Part shown: positions 29,553-37,738 of the stretch, piece after piece
Position numbering within the stretch: position 1 is the stretch's first letter
Layout of the letters: each line of letters opens with the position of its first letter
From: a virus
Lineage: Duplodnaviria; Caudoviricetes
IMG/VR virus record: IMGVR_UViG_3300042528_000252
Coordinates: 1-48,791 of that record
Strand: one strand, 5' to 3'
Length of the DNA stretch: 48,791 bases
The notes under the pieces: generated by a model
Seen by the model: the letters and a program-made list of their open reading frames with translations, nothing else
The model's database searches: none
What the model was told of the DNA's origin: nothing
Position numbers and translations under genes: made by a program

Positions 29553-30477
29553 AGCTCTTATTGTTCAAATACCACTCATACGTCAACCTCAATCCAGTTC
29601 GTATGTTGGTCTTGGGTTTCCATCCCAAACTTAGTATCTTGTTGACATCCATAACTTTTGAGATCGTACCATCTGGTTTAGATGTGTCAAAAACAAGTTT
29701 GCCGCTATACATTACGGTGTTTGATACCTCTTGGTACAATTCACCCATGCTGATCTCGGTACCGCTTCCTATATTAACGAAATCACCCTCGTAGGTGTTC
29801 ATTAAATATACCAATGCTTCGGCCAAATCGTCTACATACAAAAACTCACGTTTGGCAGCACCAGTACCCCACATAACAATTTCTTTGGTATTGTTGTTTT
29901 TGGCTGTATCAAACTTCTTTAACAAAGCACTAATGACATGACTTTTTTCCAAGTCAAAACAATCATTGGGTCCATATAGATTACATGGCATAACTGATAT
30001 AAAGTTGCAACCATATTGTTTCTTATAATACTCACACATCTTTAATCCAACAATCTTTGCCAAAGCATATGCTTCATTGGTTGGTTCTAGTGGCGCACAC
30101 AACAATCTATTTTCATTGATTGGTAGTGGATTTTCCTTGGGGTAAATACAACTGCTACCCAAAAACAACAACTTCTTTATTTTGTGTACATAGCTGTTGT
30201 GAATAATATTGTTTTGTATCTGCAGATTATCATAAATAAAATCCGCAGGATATGTTTTGTTGTAATTGATACCACCAACTTTAGCCGCAGCCAAAAACAC
30301 ATAATCTGGTTTGACACTTTCAAAGAAGTTACTTACATCAGATTGATTGGTCAAATCCAATTCACTACGTGTACGGGTTATAATATTTGTATAACCCAGC
30401 TTGGTTAATAACCTAACAAGACTTGATCCAACCAATCCATTGTGACCGGCAATATAAATTTTATCAGTCTTGTTCAT
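29551..30477 (-). CDS. fcl: GDP-L-fucose synthase (extended SDR)
   Basis: IAGHNGLVGS, LAAAKVGGI, FLGSSCIYPK, LEPTNEAYALAK (YxxxK), PCNLYGPND, WGTG...REFLYVDD, KPDG. Confidence 0.95.
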   Translation of the reverse strand: MNKTDKIYIAGHNGLVGSSLVRLLTKLGYTNIITRTRSELDLTNQSDVSNFFESVKPDYVFLAAAKVGGINYNKTYPADFIYDNLQIQNNIIHNSYVHKIKKLLFLGSSCIYPKENPLPINENRLLCAPLEPTNEAYALAKIVGLKMCEYYKKQYGCNFISVMPCNLYGPNDCFDLEKSHVISALLKKFDTAKNNNTKEIVMWGTGAAKREFLYVDDLAEALVYLMNTYEGDFVNIGSGTEISMGELYQEVSNTVMYSGKLVFDTSKPDGTISKVMDVNKILSLGWKPKTNIRTGLRLTYEWYLNNKS

Positions 30478-30746
30478 TAAATGGGATCTCCATAAATGTT
30501 AAAGGTCTTTGGTGCTTCAGGCACAACTTCTTCTTCAATCACTTTAATAGCATATAACTTGCTATCCAATGGAGCAAGACGATATTCGCCTTTGAATTTG
30601 GTTTCCATGAAATAACCTTCCAATGCTTCGGTTAATGAGTTATATACAATTTTACGTGGGTCATTTTTCAATAACCATCTATCGCCTGGAGGCATACGTG
30701 TCGCAATTAACTCGGATTGTTCTACAATTTTCTTATCAGTTTTCAT
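30477..30746 (-). CDS. Hypothetical protein (89 aa), translationally coupled to fcl
   Basis: TAATG stop/start overlap with fcl; upstream TACTTATT late-like motif at 30756-30763. Confidence 0.7.
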   Translation of the reverse strand: MKTDKKIVEQSELIATRMPPGDRWLLKNDPRKIVYNSLTEALEGYFMETKFKGEYRLAPLDSKLYAIKVIEEEVVPEAPKTFNIYGDPI

Positions 30747-30781
30747 AAATCTACTAATAAGTATTTTTTATACAATTAAAT

Positions 30782-31501
30782 CTACTTCAAACCTTTATAT
30801 GTGTCAATTGGTTTTTTGGTAACCAAATCTTGATCCAGAATATCAATAGCCTTCTTCTTGGACTTATAAAAAGCGTGGGTCAATAACTTAAGATCAACAT
30901 CTTCAACATCATAACCCATCTTAACGTACTTAACCAATCTTTTCAGTGTAACACTTGGATAATAAATACTACCTTGGTTAAACCTCAACTTATTAGTCTT
31001 AATATCATTTAAGATACCATCTTCATAAACAACATTATTACCATCATAAGCAATACGACACACATTAATATCAAATGACTTAAATAGTTCTTCAATGTTA
31101 TCAAAATACTTGAATGTTACACACTGAATCTTCCAGTCAACATCCATATACTTAATCGTAAGTGTACAATGCCACTCGCTGTATATAGTAGATTCAATCT
31201 TATAATTGGAAAAAAGACTTCTTAAACTGATTGCAGCTACAAATTGTTCAAATTGTTCTTTATTTTTAAAAAACACATCTACGTCAGCATTTGTTAATGG
31301 TATCTTACGATAAGTTCTATGTAAAGATCCACCAGCAATCCATGGACCATTTTCAGTACACTTAGGCAATAACTCAATCAAATACTCCAACATACTTGCC
31401 GTAGGCAAATGCTTTAAAAACAAATTTAACGTGGTCTTTTCTAGTTTCATCGTAGGTACTTGTTGAAGTTCTACAAATTTAACATCAAGATTGATACTCA
31501 T
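30782..31501 (-). CDS. Nucleotidyltransferase of the tRNA-nucleotidyltransferase/poly(A) polymerase head type
   Basis: WIAGGSL...DVDVFF (GS..DxD), FDINVCRIAYD, RLVKY..MGY. Confidence 0.75.
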   Translation of the reverse strand: MSINLDVKFVELQQVPTMKLEKTTLNLFLKHLPTASMLEYLIELLPKCTENGPWIAGGSLHRTYRKIPLTNADVDVFFKNKEQFEQFVAAISLRSLFSNYKIESTIYSEWHCTLTIKYMDVDWKIQCVTFKYFDNIEELFKSFDINVCRIAYDGNNVVYEDGILNDIKTNKLRFNQGSIYYPSVTLKRLVKYVKMGYDVEDVDLKLLTHAFYKSKKKAIDILDQDLVTKKPIDTYKGLK

Positions 31502-31721
31502 AAATTTTCTTTAATACGTTGGGATAACAATTGTCTGGGTAGTCTTTACTATTCTTTCCACTACTATAACTCAAACATACGGTTTCGTCAATCATCGGTT
31601 CAAACTTTCGCTTGGTTTTGTAAAACATATTTACACTATTATGACTGCAAGTTTGATAAAAATCACAACCTACACTCATACACATACCAATATCATTTGT
31701 CTTAATACTATACTTTTTCAT
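31485..31721 (-). CDS. Small Cys-rich hypothetical protein
   Basis: CMSVGCDFYQTC; overlaps the start of the next gene. Confidence 0.55.
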   Translation of the reverse strand: MKKYSIKTNDIGMCMSVGCDFYQTCSHNSVNMFYKTKRKFEPMIDETVCLSYSSGKNSKDYPDNCYPNVLKKIYEYQS

Positions 31722-31758
31722 AAAAAATAAGGGAGGTACTATTACATACCTCCCTTTT
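31722..31758 (-). terminator. Intrinsic terminator after RNA ligase
   Basis: AAGGGAGGTA-tgtaatag-TACCTCCCTT-ATTTTTT on - strand. Confidence 0.8.
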
Positions 31759-31760
31759 AA

Positions 31761-32780
31761 TCAGTCCTTACTTCCAAGAAGATACGTATTGCTAATAGCC
31801 TTGAAACTAAACTCCCTTTCAAGGCCACGTACAACTACACCTTCCCTATCAACTTCCATGTTCAATACACTCTTACCTTCAGCATACTTCAACATATAGT
31901 CAACAATATTGTTTTCATTTGGAATCACAAACCCATACTTTTCAAGTACAGGCACCATCTGCAATTGCAAACCAAACAATACCCACTCAAGTTCATCAAA
32001 GAACATACGGCGACCCTTATCAATGTCATAACCAGTAAAGAAGTACAACTTGTGGTCGCTCATTCCATACAAATTACCATTGATACCAGCACCAATTAGT
32101 TCTCCCTGTAAAGCAATATTCTTGCCAAGCTTGGTCATCTTTTCCTTCAACTCAAGCATCTTGGCCATACGCCATAGTGAATTGTCATCAGTTTCAGACA
32201 ACTCCCAATTACGACCACAAACTCCAAACACTCCGTTGTTGAAGTAACAAGTGAAACTAGTACCATCCAACTTTTCAGTTACATAAGCACGTTCACCAAC
32301 TGGACTAAATCCAACTTCACTCTCAAAGTTCTGAATACGAATTTCATCAGTCTTTGGAATAAAGCTAGGGAAAGTTCCCTTGATCTTGCCAGCCAATTGA
32401 GCGGGAATAGGAGGTTCATACTTGACAATATCAAGAGCCTCAGTCAAATCATCACCTTCCTTTGGATTACTAATACCTTCAGGAATTGGAGTCAATAGAC
32501 CCTGACTAATTTGACCACGAAGCCTAATGGTCTTGAGACGAAATCCCTCACTAGAACCCATACGCTTGAAGCTACTCTTGCGTAGAAATTCAAATTGAGG
32601 ACGAATAGGCAAAAAGCTGTCAATTTCGTAATAAACAGCCAAATCACCTACCTTGTATTCATCCTTCTTCACCACAACCTTCCAACCCTTGACACTAGCC
32701 ACCATAATGGCATCAGCACCAACAATAGGTTGAATGTCAGCAATCTTAACCACACTAGCCAATTTACGATCTGTATTCAT
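31761..32780 (-). CDS. RNA ligase, DRB0094/Rnl5 family
   Basis: N-terminal RKLASV..I..I.PI.GAD OB-type module, RLKTIRLRGQISQGL, FPSFIPKTDE.RIQN, motif I TEKLDGTS, QGELIG, REGVVVR, SFKAISN.YL. Confidence 0.92.
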   Translation of the reverse strand: MNTDRKLASVVKIADIQPIVGADAIMVASVKGWKVVVKKDEYKVGDLAVYYEIDSFLPIRPQFEFLRKSSFKRMGSSEGFRLKTIRLRGQISQGLLTPIPEGISNPKEGDDLTEALDIVKYEPPIPAQLAGKIKGTFPSFIPKTDEIRIQNFESEVGFSPVGERAYVTEKLDGTSFTCYFNNGVFGVCGRNWELSETDDNSLWRMAKMLELKEKMTKLGKNIALQGELIGAGINGNLYGMSDHKLYFFTGYDIDKGRRMFFDELEWVLFGLQLQMVPVLEKYGFVIPNENNIVDYMLKYAEGKSVLNMEVDREGVVVRGLEREFSFKAISNTYLLGSKD

Positions 32781-32794
32781 TTGTATCCTTTCTA

Positions 32795-33112
32795 TCAGTA
32801 AGAATTAAACTCAACCTGAAGTGAATTAAAATTAATAGTAGACGGATCTACATTCAAATCAATTCCATCATTTACAACAAACACCTTCAAGTCCTTCTTG
32901 GTATCAAGCGAGGGTCCACCACTACAGCTACAACCAGAGCTGTAACACCAAGTGACGTTACCATCCTTGTCAACACCAATACCCTCATAAGAGTGGTGAC
33001 CGTAACCGCCATCCCAATTCTCAATCTCCTTGAAAATTACGATGTGGTCATCATCAAACTTGCTCTTAGGAAGAGTGTCCCAATTCTTTACAATATAATC
33101 TACGATATTCAT
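32795..33112 (-). CDS. Hypothetical protein with GCSC motif
   Basis: First gene after the promoter at 33122-33150; YSSGCSCSG. Confidence 0.7.
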   Translation of the reverse strand: MNIVDYIVKNWDTLPKSKFDDDHIVIFKEIENWDGGYGHHSYEGIGVDKDGNVTWCYSSGCSCSGGPSLDTKKDLKVFVVNDGIDLNVDPSTINFNSLQVEFNSY

Positions 33113-33121
33113 TACTCCTTA

Positions 33122-33150
33122 ACTCTACCACGTAGTTTAAACAAAGTCAA
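33122..33150 (-). promoter_or_regulatory. Sigma70-type promoter
   Basis: TTGACT-17-TAGAGT with TG extension; ATG 9 nt downstream. Confidence 0.8.
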
Positions 33151-33151
33151 C

Positions 33152-33181
33152 AAAAAACCCGCCAGATTTCTCTAGCGGGTT
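33152..33181 (-). terminator. Intrinsic terminator abutting the next promoter
   Basis: AACCCGCTAGA-GAAA-TCTGGCGGGTT-TTTT. Confidence 0.85.
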
Positions 33182-33197
33182 CTTATACTTATTTTAC

Positions 33198-34103
33198 TTA
33201 TCGGTTGGTATTTCCAATGTTAACGAACGGAACCACTCCTCCACCATTATACACTGGCAACTTACCATCCCACCTCTGAAGCGCTTCATATTGAACCAGT
33301 GCCGGAGTTAGAGACTGAGCCAACACTAGATTAGCTTTGGATTGAGCCTCTGCCTTAAGAGCAATACTCTTTGCCTCACCCTCCGCCTTGGCAATGTTAC
33401 TTTCCTTCTCACCACGAGCTTTCTCAATCACCTGATCCGCTTCAGCCTTACTCTGACGAACCTTGGTTTCAGCCTCAATAGCCTTCTGACTCGCCTCTAG
33501 TACAGCATTGATACGAGTCTGAACACTTTGATCAACACGGAGGCCGCCATGGAAGCTGATCAACTCAAACCTAAATCCCTTGGGTCCAAGTTGGACGTTA
33601 AGATTGCTCTTAACATTGTCAAGAAGATACTGCTTCCTCTCACCAAAGATGTCACTAGCCTTCATAGTACTAGCAACACGATTGAATGCGTTATTCACCT
33701 CGTTCCTCATGAATCCATGAGTAATAACATCAGGCGACTGACGAAACTCAACAAAGATCTGAGGAACCTTCTCGGCTACGAAAGTATAAGCAAGAGCGAT
33801 ATCAGCATTAACTACCGCACCTTCGATGCTGTTGAAGGTCACACTGTCATCGCCAGGACTTTCCTTGCTACCACGTTCACGATCCCACACAGCATTCTGC
33901 ATGAAGGTAGGGAACTTATAGATGTCTTCAGTGATGGGGTTGTAGAACACACCACCAGTAACCAAGGGGAAATCATTGACTCCCTTTTGGCTACCCCACT
34001 GATTTACCTTGATACCAACATAACCAGGCTCAACCCTATCACAACCAGTGAAGGATGCAATGGCGACGATACCGGCGATTACACTAACGAGCTTCTTATT
34101 CAT
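33198..34103 (-). CDS. SPFH/band-7 (prohibitin-like) lipoprotein
   Basis: Signal peptide ending FTG-C, VEPGYVGIKV, AEA-rich coiled coil, SLTPALVQYEALQRWDGKLP. Confidence 0.9.
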   Translation of the reverse strand: MNKKLVSVIAGIVAIASFTGCDRVEPGYVGIKVNQWGSQKGVNDFPLVTGGVFYNPITEDIYKFPTFMQNAVWDRERGSKESPGDDSVTFNSIEGAVVNADIALAYTFVAEKVPQIFVEFRQSPDVITHGFMRNEVNNAFNRVASTMKASDIFGERKQYLLDNVKSNLNVQLGPKGFRFELISFHGGLRVDQSVQTRINAVLEASQKAIEAETKVRQSKAEADQVIEKARGEKESNIAKAEGEAKSIALKAEAQSKANLVLAQSLTPALVQYEALQRWDGKLPVYNGGGVVPFVNIGNTNR

Positions 34104-34347
34104 TTTCTTTGTTTTTATTTTCTTTGTTTTTATTTTCTTCTAGTTTCTTGACCAACTTGGTCACATCACTTTTTAAGATTACCAGAGTGCTGATAAAAAG
34201 TCCAGCAAAAAGTGCGGACCCCGCAAGATTTGCAACGTCACTCTTTTGATTAATCATTGATGCAGACAAATTAAAAATGTATGCACCCAATGTCGTCAAA
34301 AAGAAATACTTTGCGCAATACTTCCAAATATTATAATTACTAAACAT
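34096..34347 (-). CDS. Small two-TM membrane protein
   Basis: Two hydrophobic segments; tail ENKNKENKNKENE from a 15-bp tandem repeat at 34102-34139. Confidence 0.7.
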   Translation of the reverse strand: MFSNYNIWKYCAKYFFLTTLGAYIFNLSASMINQKSDVANLAGSALFAGLFISTLVILKSDVTKLVKKLEENKNKENKNKENE

Positions 34348-34350
34348 ATA

Positions 34351-34740
34351 TTAATTTTCCTTGATATAAAATTCTGGTACATCAATAGTCAATGGAATAA
34401 CTACATCATCCAAAGGTTCATCTGATTCAGATGCACCATAATGACCATGGCTTGTGTTTGGAATAGGCAGATTATCAATATTCCAATTTTCACGACATTC
34501 CTTGGCAGTCTTCTTTAGTGGAGGAAGTTCATTGCCATCCTTGTCATATACAATGATATACTGAAAACTATTATCATAGGTACTATCATTATACTCACTA
34601 TGAACTACCATAACCATTGTGGTTGCTTCAGGTGGATAATACTTCTTGGCAAACGTAATGTGTTTATAATACTTTTCAGTATTAGGAACGTAACCAAGTT
34701 TGGCTAGATCCTGTAATGTTGCTCTACGATATGTACTCAT
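34351..34740 (-). CDS. Hypothetical protein (SEYND motif)
   Basis: Tightly packed ORF in operon. Confidence 0.7.
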   Translation of the reverse strand: MSTYRRATLQDLAKLGYVPNTEKYYKHITFAKKYYPPEATTMVMVVHSEYNDSTYDNSFQYIIVYDKDGNELPPLKKTAKECRENWNIDNLPIPNTSHGHYGASESDEPLDDVVIPLTIDVPEFYIKEN

Positions 34741-34743
34741 ATA

Positions 34744-35130
34744 TTAATACTTTAGAACGTCCTCACGGGTAATAGACAGATGTTCATATTCATCACCATA
34801 TAGGTCTTCGTGGATACACTGAACATCACCAAACAGTTCAATCAATGATTCAAGCAGTGGATTTTCCACGTATTCTTTCGTTTTATTATCCCACTCACGT
34901 TCAACTTCTTCGCCTTCTACTACAATCTTGAGATCTTCATATCCAATATAGAATGAGGTTGCGCCACCATCATTAAATTCGTGGTTATTAATATACATCT
35001 CAACGCTGTCCAGTGTAGGATTATCCACAAAGATCTTCTTTAGTTCAGCCTTAAACTCCTTCTGGAGTTCTGACTTAACTGCGTTGAGTTGATTCTTTAG
35101 CTCTTCAATTTTCTTAAGTGATTCTTTCAT
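34744..35130 (-). CDS. Acidic hypothetical protein (HEFNDG motif)
   Basis: N-terminal coiled coil, IF..NP.L.SV......EFNDG. Confidence 0.7.
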   Translation of the reverse strand: MKESLKKIEELKNQLNAVKSELQKEFKAELKKIFVDNPTLDSVEMYINNHEFNDGGATSFYIGYEDLKIVVEGEEVEREWDNKTKEYVENPLLESLIELFGDVQCIHEDLYGDEYEHLSITREDVLKY

Positions 35131-35148
35131 ATGTTTTGTTTTGTTTTA

Positions 35149-35625
35149 TTAGTCTCCAATTACATTTTTAATACTACCACCGAAAGTTTTAGAAGTCAAA
35201 CCATTTTTAGCACGGGATTTACGACCTTCATCAATCTTCACAAAGCTGGGAGGATGTGAAATGCCATTCTGCATCCAACTCTTGAACTCCATTTCAGCCA
35301 GATAGTCTTGGGCTGAAGGAATAAACTTATTAGCAAAGTCTTCCAAACAATGTTGTTCACCAATATCCCGCACACTTACACTACGTCCATCACTATTAAT
35401 AATAGTAGGAAAACGATGATCACTGGTTTCTGGACCACTATTGGCAAACTTTATCCGTTCCAAAATATTACTAAGAAACCAACTATTGTGTGTTAGAGCA
35501 CGATGTCGGTTATCCGCAATTGCGCCTTTACTACAATCCATAAAGGCGTGAATAGGTTCATAATCCTGTGGCTGACCGCCGAATTTACGGACGGAACTTT
35601 GAGCGTGAATATATGGCTTTGACAT
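35149..35625 (-). CDS. DUF6915-family protein
   Basis: H..SS.RKFGG...DY..IH.F.D.SK....D.RHRAL.H and NSDGR.V.VR.IGEQH..ED....IPS..D pattern recognised from memory. Confidence 0.8.
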   Translation of the reverse strand: MSKPYIHAQSSVRKFGGQPQDYEPIHAFMDCSKGAIADNRHRALTHNSWFLSNILERIKFANSGPETSDHRFPTIINSDGRSVSVRDIGEQHCLEDFANKFIPSAQDYLAEMEFKSWMQNGISHPPSFVKIDEGRKSRAKNGLTSKTFGGSIKNVIGD

Positions 35626-35634
35626 AACAAACTC

Positions 35635-35663
35635 AATCTACCACAGGTTTTATAACAAGTCAA
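35635..35663 (-). promoter_or_regulatory. Sigma70-type promoter
   Basis: TTGACT-17-TAGATT with TG extension; ATG 9 nt downstream. Confidence 0.8.
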
Positions 35664-35664
35664 C

Positions 35665-35695
35665 AAAAAATCCCCTCTTTTTACGGAGGGGATTT
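35665..35695 (-). terminator. Intrinsic terminator abutting the next promoter
   Basis: AAATCCCCTC-cgtaaaaa-GAGGGGATTT-TTT. Confidence 0.8.
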
Positions 35696-35701
35696 GTATT
35701 T

Positions 35702-36376
35702 TTAATGATGTTTATCATGCTTGACATGATTTTTATTCATCATAATCTTTTGAATTTCTGGAAAAGACAATGGCTTACCATGACCATCCCATCCAACATC
35801 CAGAATTTTATTGTCTGGATAATCTACCTGAGTGGTTGGATTGGTGTAGTGACTATGACCACTCAACTGCCAAGCACCCTTTTGCATTTGGTTAAAGATT
35901 TGATGTGGGTAATGATGAATAACAATCATATGACCATTTACAATTAGTTCCTTATAATAACCCAGATAAGTTAGTTTACCAATTGCATATGGATACACTT
36001 CAATGCCATCATTAGGACTATTACCAGTGAATCTAACCAAATTCAAATGACCAGCAACAGCATCTTCATAATGCTTACGAATACAGCTGTTATGATTGCC
36101 CCAAATATAAGCAATGTTTTGACAATTGATTCGTGCTAGAATTTCATTGAATTCAGGCGGGGTAATATTCAAACAAAAATCACCTAGATGAATTAGTGTA
36201 TCTTCTGGACGTACCACTTCATTGATCTTTGCAATCAAAGCATCGTTGTGTTCGACACGATTCTTGTATCCACGAGCTTCGTAGATAAAAGGCTTATCAT
36301 GGTTAAAATGAGTATCACTAGTGAAATACACTCGGTGATTATCATTATGCGTAAGTTTCAGCGGTCTTTCAAACAT
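35702..36376 (-). CDS. Calcineurin-like metallophosphoesterase
   Basis: FTSDTHFNH, HLGDF, GNHN, HYP, GHSH, DVGWD. Confidence 0.9.
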   Translation of the reverse strand: MFERPLKLTHNDNHRVYFTSDTHFNHDKPFIYEARGYKNRVEHNDALIAKINEVVRPEDTLIHLGDFCLNITPPEFNEILARINCQNIAYIWGNHNSCIRKHYEDAVAGHLNLVRFTGNSPNDGIEVYPYAIGKLTYLGYYKELIVNGHMIVIHHYPHQIFNQMQKGAWQLSGHSHYTNPTTQVDYPDNKILDVGWDGHGKPLSFPEIQKIMMNKNHVKHDKHH

Positions 36377-36827
36377 AAATTACCTCATCAATACCTTCAC
36401 TTGTAGAAGGTTCTTCATACTTTGCCAACATCTTGTCAATAACCCAGTCAGGTACAACTCTACCACCTTCACTGCCTCGTTTTTGATTTCTTGCAATTAA
36501 TCCAGCACGATCCATCTTGAATACAAGAGCAACTACTTTTGCGCCATACTTCTTTGCGGCGTTGATGTAGTCTGCTCGTTCTCTACGATTTACGCTGGTT
36601 GCATCAACCAATACATTTTTACCATCTTTTAGAAATTCGTCAACCTTTCTTTTGATATGGCCAAAGACAATTGATGTTACTGATTGGTCAGTCTCATCTT
36701 TGCCATATACAGCACGTAGTTCATCACTACTTAGATATTCAATGTCTTTGTCTTTAATAAAGTTCTTTGCATAAGTTGACTTACCACTTCCAGGCAAGCC
36801 AACGGCAATATAAATTGTGTTATTCAT
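36369..36827 (-). CDS. P-loop polynucleotide kinase (T4 Pnk kinase module / AAA_33-like)
   Basis: GLPGSGKST, SSDELR, VLVDATS...R, RN..R...VP..VI..M. Confidence 0.85.
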   Translation of the reverse strand: MNNTIYIAVGLPGSGKSTYAKNFIKDKDIEYLSSDELRAVYGKDETDQSVTSIVFGHIKRKVDEFLKDGKNVLVDATSVNRRERADYINAAKKYGAKVVALVFKMDRAGLIARNQKRGSEGGRVVPDWVIDKMLAKYEEPSTSEGIDEVIYV

Positions 36828-36833
36828 ATCTAC

Positions 36834-36861
36834 ATCTTAACTCAACACTTTATAAAGTCAA
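36834..36861 (-). promoter_or_regulatory. Sigma70-type promoter (leaderless)
   Basis: TTGACT-16-TAAGAT; ATG 6 nt downstream. Confidence 0.75.
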
Positions 36862-36961
36862 GAGAAAATTGTAAAGAGGAAGTAAAAGATGTTTATTTGG
36901 GGTGGTTGATATGGTATATATGTAATGTAATCAATGGTGGTTACGTAAACAAAGGAAATAT

Positions 36962-37276
36962 ATGTTAAAATATCTATTAGTATTAACCGCAGCATTATCT
37001 CTAAATGCTCAAGAAGGTCCAAAAGGTCCACCTCCAGGCAATCGTCCTCCTCGTCCAAAGTTGACAGAGGAACAAAAGAATCAACGTACTGCTTTGATTG
37101 CTAAATATGACACAAACAAAGATGGTAAGTTGGACAAAGAAGAACGTACCAAGGTCAGTGATGATGATCGTAAATTAATGAGAAGTTTTGGTCCACCACC
37201 AGGCGGTCCAAGAGGTCCAAAATATGATGGTCCATCAAAAGATGGTGATAGACCAAGTAAACCAAAGAAGAACTAA
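36962..37276 (+). CDS. Secreted single EF-hand protein with Pro/Gly-rich arms
   Basis: Signal peptide MLKYLLVLTAALSLNA, EF loop DTNKDGKLDKEE, SD-like AAAGGA. Confidence 0.8.
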   Translation: MLKYLLVLTAALSLNAQEGPKGPPPGNRPPRPKLTEEQKNQRTALIAKYDTNKDGKLDKEERTKVSDDDRKLMRSFGPPPGGPRGPKYDGPSKDGDRPSKPKKN

Positions 37277-37285
37277 TAAACAAAT

Positions 37286-37311
37286 AACCCCACTAAATTA
37301 ATAGTGGGGTT
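37286..37311. repeat. 26-bp hairpin repeat, copy 1 (terminator-like)
   Basis: AACCCCACTA-AATTAA-TAGTGGGGTT between convergent genes. Confidence 0.9.
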
Positions 37312-37334
37312 TGCATATTCAACTAATATGTGAA

Positions 37335-37649
37335 TTAGGCAGTGGTTGTTGGATCATTGTCACTAGCAGCTTCCAAACGAGCAGCTTGTGCATTTACCAA
37401 GTCAGCAGCAGCTTGAATTGCTTCTTCACTTGGATGTGGAGTGTTCAATACTGTTACAGCACTATCAGTTGCAGCACTCAAACGTGCCAATGCGTCTTGT
37501 AGATTATTAATTGCAGCCATAATTTCGTTTAACCTTTCAATTTGTTGTTTGTTACTATCTAAAACAGCTTTCAATAACACTAAATCATAACACTCGTTAT
37601 TATCGTTATTACCAAAAACCATCTTAAAAAACTTTTTTAGTATGTTCAT
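37335..37649 (-). CDS. Ala-rich helical hypothetical protein
   Basis: Single ORF filling the space between hairpin copies 1 and 2. Confidence 0.7.
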   Translation of the reverse strand: MNILKKFFKMVFGNNDNNECYDLVLLKAVLDSNKQQIERLNEIMAAINNLQDALARLSAATDSAVTVLNTPHPSEEAIQAAADLVNAQAARLEAASDNDPTTTA

Positions 37650-37698
37650 ATAATTTAAATATCAAACTCTTGTATATAATTAGTTACATTAAAGTAAA

Positions 37699-37724
37699 AA
37701 CCCCACTAAATTAATAGTGGGGTT
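37699..37724. repeat. 26-bp hairpin repeat, copy 2
   Basis: Identical to copy 1. Confidence 0.9.
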
Positions 37725-37738
37725 AGTGTTAAAGTATT

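Noticed and set aside
33528-34151. 207-aa + strand ORF
   Set aside because: Antisense to the clear SPFH gene; explained by locally higher GC and codon bias.
36862-36961. Possible tRNA or structured ncRNA in the ~100-bp intergenic gap
   Set aside because: Only a weak 7-bp stem (GTAATCA/TGGTTAC); no cloverleaf or T-loop motif.
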